From IMG/VR virus record IMGVR_UViG_3300025128_007994: DNA of 64,000 nt, one strand, 5' to 3'. This DNA is from a virus. The notes beneath the pieces were generated by a model. It made no database searches and had not been told where the DNA came from. It saw only the letters and a program-made list of their open reading frames with translations. Each line of letters opens with the position of its first letter. Positions within the stretch are counted from its first letter, which is position 1. Both the position numbers and the translations under genes were made by a program. Below, piece after piece: positions 1 to 7,877 of this stretch.

Positions 1-1
1 T

Positions 2-1261
2 CGTGGAGTAAAGAGTTACTTTGTCAGCGACAATGACCAAGAGGTTGCGCGCATGAGAGCCGAACTAGAACAGTCGATTGCTTATCTTAAAAATCTTCAA
101 GCATCTGGCGATGAAAAGATGGGCGCACTTATTGATGTTCAGTTGGCGAAACTGGGAGATATTGAAAATCTCGCTTCTTCTATGGAAGGGGTGGTATTTG
201 AATATCCACCGGGTTCTGATAAGATTTATAAATTGACTGGTGCTTTTGCCATGGCCAATCAAATCATCGGTCGCGCGAGGCGCTCTGGGATGACTGAAGA
301 CGAAGAAGAGATAGAGTTAGATATTGTAGACGATGAATCGGATGATCCTGTAGTGGATGCCGGCTATCCCAAGACTGTAGCCATTGTTCCGGGCGCATTT
401 AAGCCACCTCACAAGGGGCATCTAGATATGGTACGAAAGTACGCTAGTAAGGCAGATGAAGTAATCGTGTTAGTTTCTGTACCATTAAATAACAGCCGGA
501 CTCTCCCAAATGGAAAACCAATATCTACTGATGATTCTTTACAAATTTGGAATTTATTAGCACAAGATCTTGGAAATGTCAAAATCGGATTATACGATGA
601 CTCTGCTGTTCGTTCACCGATTAGTGCAGCATATGCAATTGCGGGATCGCCAAGTGAAAGAGAGGCGGCTTCTACAAAAGTCGAACCCAGCATATCGCCC
701 ATTCGCCCGGGGAGCAAGATTATTCTTGGTGCCAGCACTAAGGACGGTGATGCAGGGCGTTGGAAAGGGGCCGAAAAATATGTTGGTGGTGGTGAAGCCG
801 GAGATCTTGAATTATTAAGTCCAGAAGAAACCGCGGTTGAACCATCGCAACACTCTGGGGGATATATGAAGTTATTAGCAGTGGAGGCTGAAAAAGGCTC
901 TGACTTATATAACAATATGCCAAGCGTGAAGAAGGGGAAACCTCCCGGCCAATTCCACGCTAGTGATTTTAGATTCGTATTGGTAGAGGCCACTAAGAGC
1001 GATGTAGCTCGTAAAATGTTAGAAGACTTTGTTGGCGGAGAAAATGTCGACGCTGTATTAGGTATACTTGGTATTGGTGCTGTAGAAGAAACATCCGCTA
1101 TGGGTGGTGGCGCTGTGGGAGGGTTCTCGGGCCCTTTGGGATTTACGTCGGGTAAAAAGCGCGAGAAAGCGCAGCAAGACACAATTATCAGACAAGAAAA
1201 TATTGATTTAAATATCGTTGATGAGGTTTTAAGACTAATTAGTGAAAGAGGCATTGTATAA
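2..1261 (+). CDS. 5'-truncated protein with a HIGH-motif (cytidyltransferase-like) nucleotidyltransferase domain
   Basis: The frame is open from position 2, upstream of the ATG at 53. Motif IVPGAFKPPHKGHLDMVRKY followed by ADEVIVLVS is the HxGH nucleotidyltransferase fold. It is preceded by an acidic linker and has a separate N-terminal domain. Confidence 0.75.
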   Translation, partial: RGVKSYFVSDNDQEVARMRAELEQSIAYLKNLQASGDEKMGALIDVQLAKLGDIENLASSMEGVVFEYPPGSDKIYKLTGAFAMANQIIGRARRSGMTEDEEEIELDIVDDESDDPVVDAGYPKTVAIVPGAFKPPHKGHLDMVRKYASKADEVIVLVSVPLNNSRTLPNGKPISTDDSLQIWNLLAQDLGNVKIGLYDDSAVRSPISAAYAIAGSPSEREAASTKVEPSISPIRPGSKIILGASTKDGDAGRWKGAEKYVGGGEAGDLELLSPEETAVEPSQHSGGYMKLLAVEAEKGSDLYNNMPSVKKGKPPGQFHASDFRFVLVEATKSDVARKMLEDFVGGENVDAVLGILGIGAVEETSAMGGGAVGGFSGPLGFTSGKKREKAQQDTIIRQENIDLNIVDEVLRLISERGIV

Positions 1262-2016
1262 TGAACCAAGAAGAGAAAGTTCTCAGAGAGAACATAAGAC
1301 GTTTGATAAGACACGTCAAGCAAAAAAAGCTAAATGAAGAAAATGATTTAAGAGTTGTCATCCAACAGATGATGGACCTAGAATTAAGTGAAGGCCAAAC
1401 TCCAGATGTAGATCCTGCTCCTAATAAATCGACCGGCATCAACGTTTTAGAAGAACTCCTTAAGAAGATTATACCAATTATTGAGACAGATTACAAGTCT
1501 TTGACAACAAATTCTGATCAAAGACAGTCTTATCGCGCGCATGTATTGAATGCTGTTGATAATTCTCTGACACCTGCAAGAATAAATAATCAAGCTGGTG
1601 AGGCCGCTGAGGCTTCAATAGAAGAGATAGAGATCAATGTTGGCGGTAATGAGCCAGACGATAAGTTTATTGATATTAGGACTGATGCAGAAAAAGCATC
1701 CGAAGAGCCTGAAGAAGAAGATCCTCTTGATGGATTCGGTACCGGTGTTGAAGGCGATGAAACTGGTCGCAATATGGCTTATCAAAGTTACAAGAAAATT
1801 GAAACTTCTATTCTTGATTCTTATGAATTGCTGTCGGACCCTGAAGATCAAGAACTGTTTTATGATTACCTTATCGCAAATTTAAAACTTTACTTTGAGA
1901 AGTTTGAAGAAGAACTGGCGAACCAAGTCGAAGAGCCCACAAATCAGGCTTACGACATGGCCAAGCAAAGTCAGGGTGGTGATCCTGGCGAAGAAGATAT
2001 CGAACTGGAGTTATAA
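1261..2016 (+). CDS. Acidic hypothetical phage protein (possible head-associated protein)
   Basis: 251-aa ORF coupled to the upstream stop; very E/D-rich; N-terminal LRENIRRLIR helix. Confidence 0.6.
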   Translation: MNQEEKVLRENIRRLIRHVKQKKLNEENDLRVVIQQMMDLELSEGQTPDVDPAPNKSTGINVLEELLKKIIPIIETDYKSLTTNSDQRQSYRAHVLNAVDNSLTPARINNQAGEAAEASIEEIEINVGGNEPDDKFIDIRTDAEKASEEPEEEDPLDGFGTGVEGDETGRNMAYQSYKKIETSILDSYELLSDPEDQELFYDYLIANLKLYFEKFEEELANQVEEPTNQAYDMAKQSQGGDPGEEDIELEL

Positions 2017-2243
2017 TGAGTTTATTAGACGACCTAATAGAAAATATTAGAAAAGCTGATGGCAATACCGATGCCAAAATTGATGAAGAGTTTCAGTCGA
2101 AGGCTTTTGAGACGATGAAGCCGCTGGACCGGTCAACGAAAGCTTTCGAAGCAAAAGCTTCGGCACTACAAAATGCTACTGGCATGGCTGAAGCAATCGA
2201 AACGTATGTTAAAGATTACCTTGCGTCGAAGGGCATTGAATAA
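2016..2243 (+). CDS. Hypothetical protein
   Basis: 75-aa ORF, TAATG-coupled to the previous gene. Confidence 0.55.
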   Translation: MSLLDDLIENIRKADGNTDAKIDEEFQSKAFETMKPLDRSTKAFEAKASALQNATGMAEAIETYVKDYLASKGIE

Positions 2244-2262
2244 AAAACTTTGACTTTTTTAC

Positions 2263-2291
2263 TTGACAAGATCTGAGTTATTGCTTATACT
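2263..2291 (+). promoter_or_regulatory. sigma70-type promoter
   Basis: TTGACA-N17-TATACT in the intergenic gap before 2328. Confidence 0.75.
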
Positions 2292-2327
2292 GACAATGTG
2301 TTCTGCTTGATAGTATGATAGAATTGC

Positions 2328-2696
2328 TTGATTGAATTAATGAAAGAACAAACAAAGAATATTACAACTAGATCTAAAAGTATTATAAAATTACTTAAAG
2401 AACAAAATAAATTAAATGATCAAGCGCTAGTATCAATCAACAGTCTAACACTTGAAGATCTAATAGCAGTTAAGTTTGAATTAGCATCCAGGCACCTTAA
2501 TAATAGGTTATATGGATTTGATATCTGGAGAGGTTTACCTAATATAATCAAGGAGGCTTCTCTCAAATTTGCTATTTCAGCTACCAACTCAAAGATAGAT
2601 GCGGCCAGATTTTTGGGATTAACGTATTTAGAATTTCTAAATATAAGTAAGAAGTTTCAAATTAATGATTTCTTCGATAATTCAAAAACAAGGTAA
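2328..2696 (+). CDS. Putative DNA-binding protein with Fis-type HTH (start may be ATG 2340)
   Basis: C-terminal LKFAISATNSKIDAARFLGLTYLEF resembles the Fis HTH_8 pattern (N-x-x-x-AA-x-x-LG). Confidence 0.5.
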   Translation: MIELMKEQTKNITTRSKSIIKLLKEQNKLNDQALVSINSLTLEDLIAVKFELASRHLNNRLYGFDIWRGLPNIIKEASLKFAISATNSKIDAARFLGLTYLEFLNISKKFQINDFFDNSKTR

Positions 2697-2703
2697 CACT
2701 AAA

Positions 2704-3282
2704 ATGATATATTTATTACTTCTCTTGGCATGCGGTGCTGATTTAAAGGTGGGGGACCATGATATTGATCCCGAACTTATAGAAGAAGAGGTACCTCCGC
2801 TGGGTATTTCTGTAGATGATGACTGTAGCCAAGAAGCAATTGGTGAAAAAGCATGTAACATCGTACTACTTGATCAAAATAGTGAAGTTTGGCAGCTATA
2901 TAAACAAGAAGATAAGGTGGTAGTATTAGATTTTAGTACCAGTTGGTGTCCACCTTGCCAAGCCGCCGGCTACAAGACACAATCCTTGCAGGATGAGTAC
3001 AATGGTGAGGTTGTTGTGACCACCATATTGATTGATGGATATGAAGCCGGTATACCAGCAACCAGCACTGATGTTGAAGAGTGGGCTGACACTCACAATA
3101 TTACTTCTGCTCCAGTGCTTCAAGGCTCGCGAGAAATGATGTTTGACAGTCAGGGAATTAATGGTTATGCTATAGGAGCATTCCCTACCTATATTTATCT
3201 AGATCGTGATGGTTTAATATACCTAGGACATTCAGGGTATAGCGAAGAATACGTCAAACAAACTATCGAGGAAATATTATAA
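2704..3282 (+). CDS. TlpA/redoxin-family thioredoxin-like lipoprotein
   Basis: VVVLDFSTSWCPPCQ (WCxxC) and FPTYIYLDRDG cis-Pro motif; N-terminal MIYLLLLLAC lipobox at ATG 2704. Confidence 0.85.
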   Translation: MIYLLLLLACGADLKVGDHDIDPELIEEEVPPLGISVDDDCSQEAIGEKACNIVLLDQNSEVWQLYKQEDKVVVLDFSTSWCPPCQAAGYKTQSLQDEYNGEVVVTTILIDGYEAGIPATSTDVEEWADTHNITSAPVLQGSREMMFDSQGINGYAIGAFPTYIYLDRDGLIYLGHSGYSEEYVKQTIEEIL

Positions 3283-3518
3283 TGTGGAGAGTATACAAGT
3301 GGAATGGTCATTATATCATGGGTGACTTAATCAGTAAGCACTCATCTGAGTCTGCGGCCATGCGTGCTGCAACCAAGAATATTAATTTTGCAAGTACAGA
3401 AAAACACAAAAGCAAAACAGAAATTACCATATGGCTTGATAATGAAAACCACACTCCAGTTGGGGTTATAATAAAGAAACAAAGAAAAAAAGGGGATGCC
3501 ACGGCTTCGACAGAGTAA
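3282..3518 (+). CDS. Hypothetical protein
   Basis: 78-aa ORF, TAATG-coupled; its last 27 nt overlap the tmRNA 5' end. Confidence 0.5.
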   Translation: MWRVYKWNGHYIMGDLISKHSSESAAMRAATKNINFASTEKHKSKTEITIWLDNENHTPVGVIIKKQRKKGDATASTE

Positions 3519-3827
3519 GAAAGAAAAATAGTGCAAGCAGGTAAGATACAACCTCAATCGTTCAAAAACAATAATTGCTAATAACAATAACCACTTCGAA
3601 TCTGTCCGCTTAGCGGCTTAATCGGGAGGCCGATTAGAGCCTTCTTTCCAATCTAATCAAACAACAGATAAGTTGCGAAAATCAAAACCATCTATCGCCA
3701 CAAGACGGTAAGCGATAGATTATAGCCGTCTACCCATTCAGTTAGGGGATATAAAAACTGATAAGCTTGTGAATGACTACAATTGGACTTATTCTGGACG
3801 CGGGTTCGACTCCCGCCGTCTCCACCA
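3492..3827 (+). ncRNA. ssrA: tmRNA (transfer-messenger RNA), tag peptide ANNNNHFESVRLAA encoded at 3577-3621
   Basis: 5' GGGGATG pairs with CGTCTCC-A-CCA and includes the G3:U70 Ala identity pair. T-arm GCGGG-TTCGACT-CCCGC. 5' TTCGAC motif. Resume context ATAATT-GCT. The tag ends in LAA-stop. Confidence 0.95.
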
Positions 3828-3841
3828 TATAAAGGAAAAAT

Positions 3842-4045
3842 ATGTTTATATTTGACTGGTTTAGAAAAAAAGAGAGTATTAAAGATACCATAGAACCTAC
3901 ATTTGATTTCAAAGACAATTTAGAGATTGCTTTGTGGGATATCAAAGAAAAATACGATCTTGAAACTGAAGAAGTAGAAAAGACCGTTTTTGAAAAAAGA
4001 AATAACATTAATTACATGAACGATCATATAAAAAACAAAAAGTAA
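3842..4045 (+). CDS. Hypothetical protein
   Basis: 67-aa ORF with AAGGA SD directly after the tmRNA. Confidence 0.5.
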   Translation: MFIFDWFRKKESIKDTIEPTFDFKDNLEIALWDIKEKYDLETEEVEKTVFEKRNNINYMNDHIKNKK

Positions 4046-4058
4046 AATAAATACTTAT

Positions 4059-4547
4059 ATGAAGATATCGATAGCATTTTATAAAGGTAAAGGCGGCCGT
4101 CTTCATAACATCATAAGATGGTGGACTAAAAGCATATACAGTCATGCAGAGTTAATACTACCAGACCAAACTTGGATCAGCATCAGCCCACTCTATAACT
4201 CTAAAATAGAAAGTAAAAGAAAGTTATTAGTAGATAACCTACAGTGGGATTTTGTGCCCTTAGATATTGATAGTGAACAGTTGCAGACAATATTAGACTT
4301 TTTTAAAGAGACAGAGGGGTGTGGTTATGACTGGGTAGGCATGCTGCTTTCTCAATTTCTACCCTTCCATATAAAGAGAAAAGGAAAATGGTACTGTAGT
4401 GAGTGGATAGCATATGCCCTCAGGATTGCGTGCGTTGTTGACTGGAAGATTATTAAAATCTATGACAGAGCAGATTTATCGCCGGGCGTTCTACATAACA
4501 TTGTCGAGAAAGTAAACAGTGATAAAGCTAAGAAAATACAAAGTTGA
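4059..4547 (+). CDS. Permuted papain-like (NlpC/P60, YiiX/YebB-like) amidase/peptidase
   Basis: His precedes Cys: YSHAEL ... GCGYDW ... KWYCSEW, the circularly permuted NlpC/P60 signature. Confidence 0.7.
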   Translation: MKISIAFYKGKGGRLHNIIRWWTKSIYSHAELILPDQTWISISPLYNSKIESKRKLLVDNLQWDFVPLDIDSEQLQTILDFFKETEGCGYDWVGMLLSQFLPFHIKRKGKWYCSEWIAYALRIACVVDWKIIKIYDRADLSPGVLHNIVEKVNSDKAKKIQS

Positions 4548-4728
4548 TGAGTGGGTCATTTATGATCCATTTCCTATGGATAAAACCCAAAGCGGCTATG
4601 GCCAGCGCGCTGTTATTTTGAGTATTTGTGAACAAGGTGACTTTTATGATTACAGAATATACGTTGAAAAGACGGGCAAATTCAAGTCAGTTAAAGAAGA
4701 GTCCTTATTCTCTTTAAAAGAAGATTAA
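4519..4728 (+). CDS. Small hypothetical protein (SH3/KOW-like beta barrel?)
   Basis: 69-aa ORF with GTG start and a KYKVDEWV...AVILSI...YRIYV beta-strand pattern. Confidence 0.45.
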   Translation: MIKLRKYKVDEWVIYDPFPMDKTQSGYGQRAVILSICEQGDFYDYRIYVEKTGKFKSVKEESLFSLKED

Positions 4729-4780
4729 AATTTGTGTTATACTCAGAAAGAAAGAATGTTAGTATAACTCCGGAGTAACA

Positions 4781-5572
4781 ATGCACAATTTAGTTTTATT
4801 TGACGTAGATGGAACGCTTACTGAATCTAGGCGCCCAATAAAAACAAAAATGCTTAAAGCGCTGAGGGCGCTAGCACGGCATGCCGAGATTGGATTCCTA
4901 ACTGGTAGCGGCCTGGAATACATCAAGGAACAACTTTGGCCGGCCCTCAATGATCCGATAATTAAAAAGAATTGCCACTTGCTCCCCTGTAATGGTACAG
5001 AATACTTAATAACAGAAGGCGATGAAGAGATAATTTTTAATCAACTCTCGAAAGAAAATATGGAAGAATACCTAACTCCTGAGAAGATGCATATTCTGAT
5101 GAGGCTATTATGTGAGCTACAGGATGATATAGCCCATCAATATGAGATTCCTTTAACCGGAAACTTTATAAACAATCGGTTTTCAATGGTCAACTGGTGT
5201 CCTATCGGTAGAAACGCTAACCAAGAACAGCGCGCCTTTTTTGAAAATTTGGATAATGAAGACAGCCTTCGAAGCACTTATATTAAAAAATTAAAATATG
5301 ATATCGAGCGATGTGACATTGATGTAACGGTGAAGCTGGGCGGAGATACTTCTTTTGATATCTATCCAACTGGGTGGGATAAAACGTTTGCGCTGAAACA
5401 CTTCGATAACCCAGATTGGAACTTTTGGTTTGTAGGAGATCGTTGCTATCCAAATGGTAACGATTACGAGATATTTACACATTTAGCGCATACTGGCCGC
5501 GCCTTTGAAACAAGCGGCCCAGCCGAAACATTAGAGATAATAGATTTTTACATTTTAAGAGATTTACTTTAA
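4781..5572 (+). CDS. Eukaryote-type phosphomannomutase (HAD-IIB, PMM family)
   Basis: LVLFDVDGTLT (HAD motif I), FINNRFSMVNWCPIGRNA, SFDIYPTGWDKT and FVGDRCYPNGNDYEI match PMM1/PMM2/Sec53 motifs. Confidence 0.9.
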   Translation: MHNLVLFDVDGTLTESRRPIKTKMLKALRALARHAEIGFLTGSGLEYIKEQLWPALNDPIIKKNCHLLPCNGTEYLITEGDEEIIFNQLSKENMEEYLTPEKMHILMRLLCELQDDIAHQYEIPLTGNFINNRFSMVNWCPIGRNANQEQRAFFENLDNEDSLRSTYIKKLKYDIERCDIDVTVKLGGDTSFDIYPTGWDKTFALKHFDNPDWNFWFVGDRCYPNGNDYEIFTHLAHTGRAFETSGPAETLEIIDFYILRDLL

Positions 5573-5584
5573 GGAGAAAACAAA

Positions 5585-6064
5585 ATGAATGAAGAAAAGA
5601 AAAAAACAGTTATGGTATCCGGCGGATTTGATCCGGTACATGTTGGACACATCCGAATGATTAGAGACGCAGCACAACACGGAGATGTGATTGTTGTGGC
5701 AAACTCTGATAACTGGTTACATAGAAAGAAGGGCTTTGTTTTTATGGAGTTTGAAAAGCGTTCTGAAATTCTTAGCGCAATAAAGGGTGTTATTATTGTT
5801 GACTCAGTAGACGATACCGATGGCACTGTCTGTGAAGCAATTCGCCGCCATGCTCCGGACTACTTTGCTAATGGCGGCGATCGTGGGAAAACCAATACGC
5901 CGGAACAGTCAGTTTGCGAAGAAATGGGAGTGGAACTCCTGTGGGGAGTAGGTGGAGATTACAAGGCCGACGCTTCTTCTAACCTTGTTAACCGGTTCCG
6001 AAAAGAACAAGAAAAACAACAACCTGCTCAACAAAGGAACACTATTAAGCACTCCAGCCGATAG
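5585..6064 (+). CDS. Cytidyltransferase-like nucleotidyltransferase (TagD/RfaE-II/RibL family)
   Basis: VSGGFDPVHVGHIRMI, VIVVANSD, FMEFEKRSEIL and PDYFANGGDR. Confidence 0.85.
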   Translation: MNEEKKKTVMVSGGFDPVHVGHIRMIRDAAQHGDVIVVANSDNWLHRKKGFVFMEFEKRSEILSAIKGVIIVDSVDDTDGTVCEAIRRHAPDYFANGGDRGKTNTPEQSVCEEMGVELLWGVGGDYKADASSNLVNRFRKEQEKQQPAQQRNTIKHSSR

Positions 6065-6071
6065 CCAATGC

Positions 6072-6100
6072 TTGACAAGTGCGATAGAACTAGTTAAATT
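6072..6100 (+). promoter_or_regulatory. Probable sigma70-type promoter for the HNH gene
   Basis: TTGACA-N17-TAAATT in the intergenic gap. Confidence 0.5.
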
Positions 6101-6121
6101 CAGTAATAGGATTTTTTATTC

Positions 6122-6658
6122 TTGGACCCTGCAATATCAAATACTAAAACTTTGAAGTTGGATTCTTCTTATAGGCCTCTTGAGATTGTAGAGGCTACGG
6201 AGGCTCTGGTATTGTGCTTAATAGGTAAGGCCTATGCAATAGAGAATCACACTCAAGAGATAAGGTCGATATCGGAAACGTTTAGGCTACCAGCCGTTAT
6301 AGTGCTGACAAGATATGTTAAATTTAAGTTTAAAACAATGACTTGTAAACGCAATAACATAATTTGGAGAGACAACAACAAATGTCAATACTGTGCTAAA
6401 GATTTCGAGAACGACTCTTTAACCATTGACCATGTGATACCGAAAAGTAAGGGTGGTAAGGATAGCTGGCTCAACTTAGTTGCAGCGTGTAAAAAATGTA
6501 ATCAGAAAAAAGGTGCGAACACTCCAACACAGGCCGGGATGAAGCTAATCAGAGAACCGTTTAAACCTCAAACTAACGTTCTTCGGACCATCGGCAAAGA
6601 AGAAATAAGCAATCTTTGGACAGATTACTTGTGGGATAAAAAGAATGATACGCAATGA
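6122..6658 (+). CDS. HNH endonuclease (McrA/COG1403-like)
   Basis: CQYC...LTIDHVIPKSKGGKDSWLNLVAACKKCNQKKG; TTG start; N-terminal TLKLDSSYRPL domain typical of the bacterial family. Confidence 0.9.
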   Translation: MDPAISNTKTLKLDSSYRPLEIVEATEALVLCLIGKAYAIENHTQEIRSISETFRLPAVIVLTRYVKFKFKTMTCKRNNIIWRDNNKCQYCAKDFENDSLTIDHVIPKSKGGKDSWLNLVAACKKCNQKKGANTPTQAGMKLIREPFKPQTNVLRTIGKEEISNLWTDYLWDKKNDTQ

Positions 6659-6899
6659 AGAGCCAATAATCTGCTATTTTTCAGAAAAAGGTCATAACAA
6701 CTTTTATTATGCCAGCGCCAACAGAGGAATAATAAAACAAAATTGTTTTTATGAATTATTGCCATGGGTTGCTACTGATAAAACTCTTGTTGCGGTAAAA
6801 ATAAAAAATAAATGCGTATTACCATTGACAATCGATGAAAATAATGTTAAAGATATAATATCAAGCAACAATAATATTGTTGTTTGGATTGAAAAGTAA
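6645..6899 (+). CDS. Hypothetical protein
   Basis: 84-aa ORF overlapping the HNH stop. Confidence 0.45.
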   Translation: MIRNEEPIICYFSEKGHNNFYYASANRGIIKQNCFYELLPWVATDKTLVAVKIKNKCVLPLTIDENNVKDIISSNNNIVVWIEK

Positions 6900-6903
6900 C
6901 AAT

Positions 6904-6980
6904 TGCCCCTTAGCTCAGTTGGTTAGAGCATCTGACTGTTAATCAGAGGGTCCGCAGTTCAAGTCTGCGAGGGGCAGCCA
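6904..6980 (+). tRNA. tRNA-Asn(GTT), copy 1
   Basis: Acceptor TGCCCCT/AGGGGCA, discriminator G, encoded CCA; anticodon arm TCTGA-CTGTTAA-TCAGA; T-loop TTCAAGT. Confidence 0.95.
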
Positions 6981-7005
6981 TCTTGACTAACTAAAAGGAG
7001 AAAAA

Positions 7006-7479
7006 ATGTCAATTATTCAAAAACTACAATCACTCAACCTATCACCAGATACGGTAGTAAATCTAAGCTATAGCGAGGGCACAGACGTTTTCGTTCATAA
7101 TGAAACGGAAGTGGAAGACGCCTTGTCAGAGACAGATGTGGTTAGCACTTTTGCTGACCTAATCGCAACCCGCGGCCTGCGTGTCTCACAACAGTATGGG
7201 GGCAGCATTATTGAGCAACTTCGCGCTGACGATCTTCTTGATAACTACGAACGCGACGGTGATTTTGCAACTTTCCTGGCGGATGTACTTGAAGAAAACT
7301 TCTATGAGTATGATTTCATTGAATCTTCAACTGAAAAGTACGACCATAAAAGAGGCTTTTGCACCTTAAGTGCTAACGTAAAAGTTCCACTTTCAGACAT
7401 TATTGAACACAGCCCCTATTTGGGAAGCTGGGAAGTTTCAGTAAAGACCGACAACGGGACTTTGACCATAGAGGCTTAG
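7006..7479 (+). CDS. Acidic hypothetical protein within the tRNA cluster
   Basis: 157-aa ORF with a strong AAGGAG SD. Confidence 0.7.
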   Translation: MSIIQKLQSLNLSPDTVVNLSYSEGTDVFVHNETEVEDALSETDVVSTFADLIATRGLRVSQQYGGSIIEQLRADDLLDNYERDGDFATFLADVLEENFYEYDFIESSTEKYDHKRGFCTLSANVKVPLSDIIEHSPYLGSWEVSVKTDNGTLTIEA

Positions 7480-7528
7480 AGATAAGCAAAAGGTTGGCGG
7501 CTTGCCTATATGTTGAAAGCCGCACTAA

Positions 7529-7604
7529 TGGGGTGTAGTTCAATTGGCAGAACGCCGGACTGTTAATCCGGAGGTTATTGGTTCAAATCCAGTCGCCCCA
7601 GCCA
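7529..7604 (+). tRNA. tRNA-Asn(GTT), copy 2
   Basis: Acceptor TGGGGTG/CGCCCCA, discriminator G, CCA; anticodon arm CCGGA-CTGTTAA-TCCGG; T-loop TTCAAAT. Confidence 0.93.
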
Positions 7605-7607
7605 TTT

Positions 7608-7682
<75 letters not shown>

Positions 7683-7745
7683 TTTTATATTCTGCCCATA
7701 TATACTATTGTGGGCCTTAATAGAAAACTTGAAATAGCGGCAGAA

Positions 7746-7877
7746 ATGACAGTACTAGCCATAGCAATGTTTCTAGCTGCATTTTTCTGTTTTCGAGTGC
7801 TTTTGCTACCAAAAGCCACCACGGGTGCAATAGATAAAATTTATGAAGCCGAAGAAATCATATCAGAAAAACGATAA
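7746..7877 (+). CDS. Possible small membrane protein
   Basis: MTVLAIAMFLAAFFCFRVLLLPK... hydrophobic N-terminus. The longer 7638 start of the listed ORF lies inside tRNA-Gly and is unlikely. Confidence 0.35.
   Translation: MTVLAIAMFLAAFFCFRVLLLPKATTGAIDKIYEAEEIISEKR

Noticed and set aside
3742-4008. Minus-strand 88-aa ORF (…VETAGVEPAS…)
   Set aside because: It is the antisense shadow of the tmRNA 3' end and the next gene; such peptides are a classic tRNA/tmRNA artefact.
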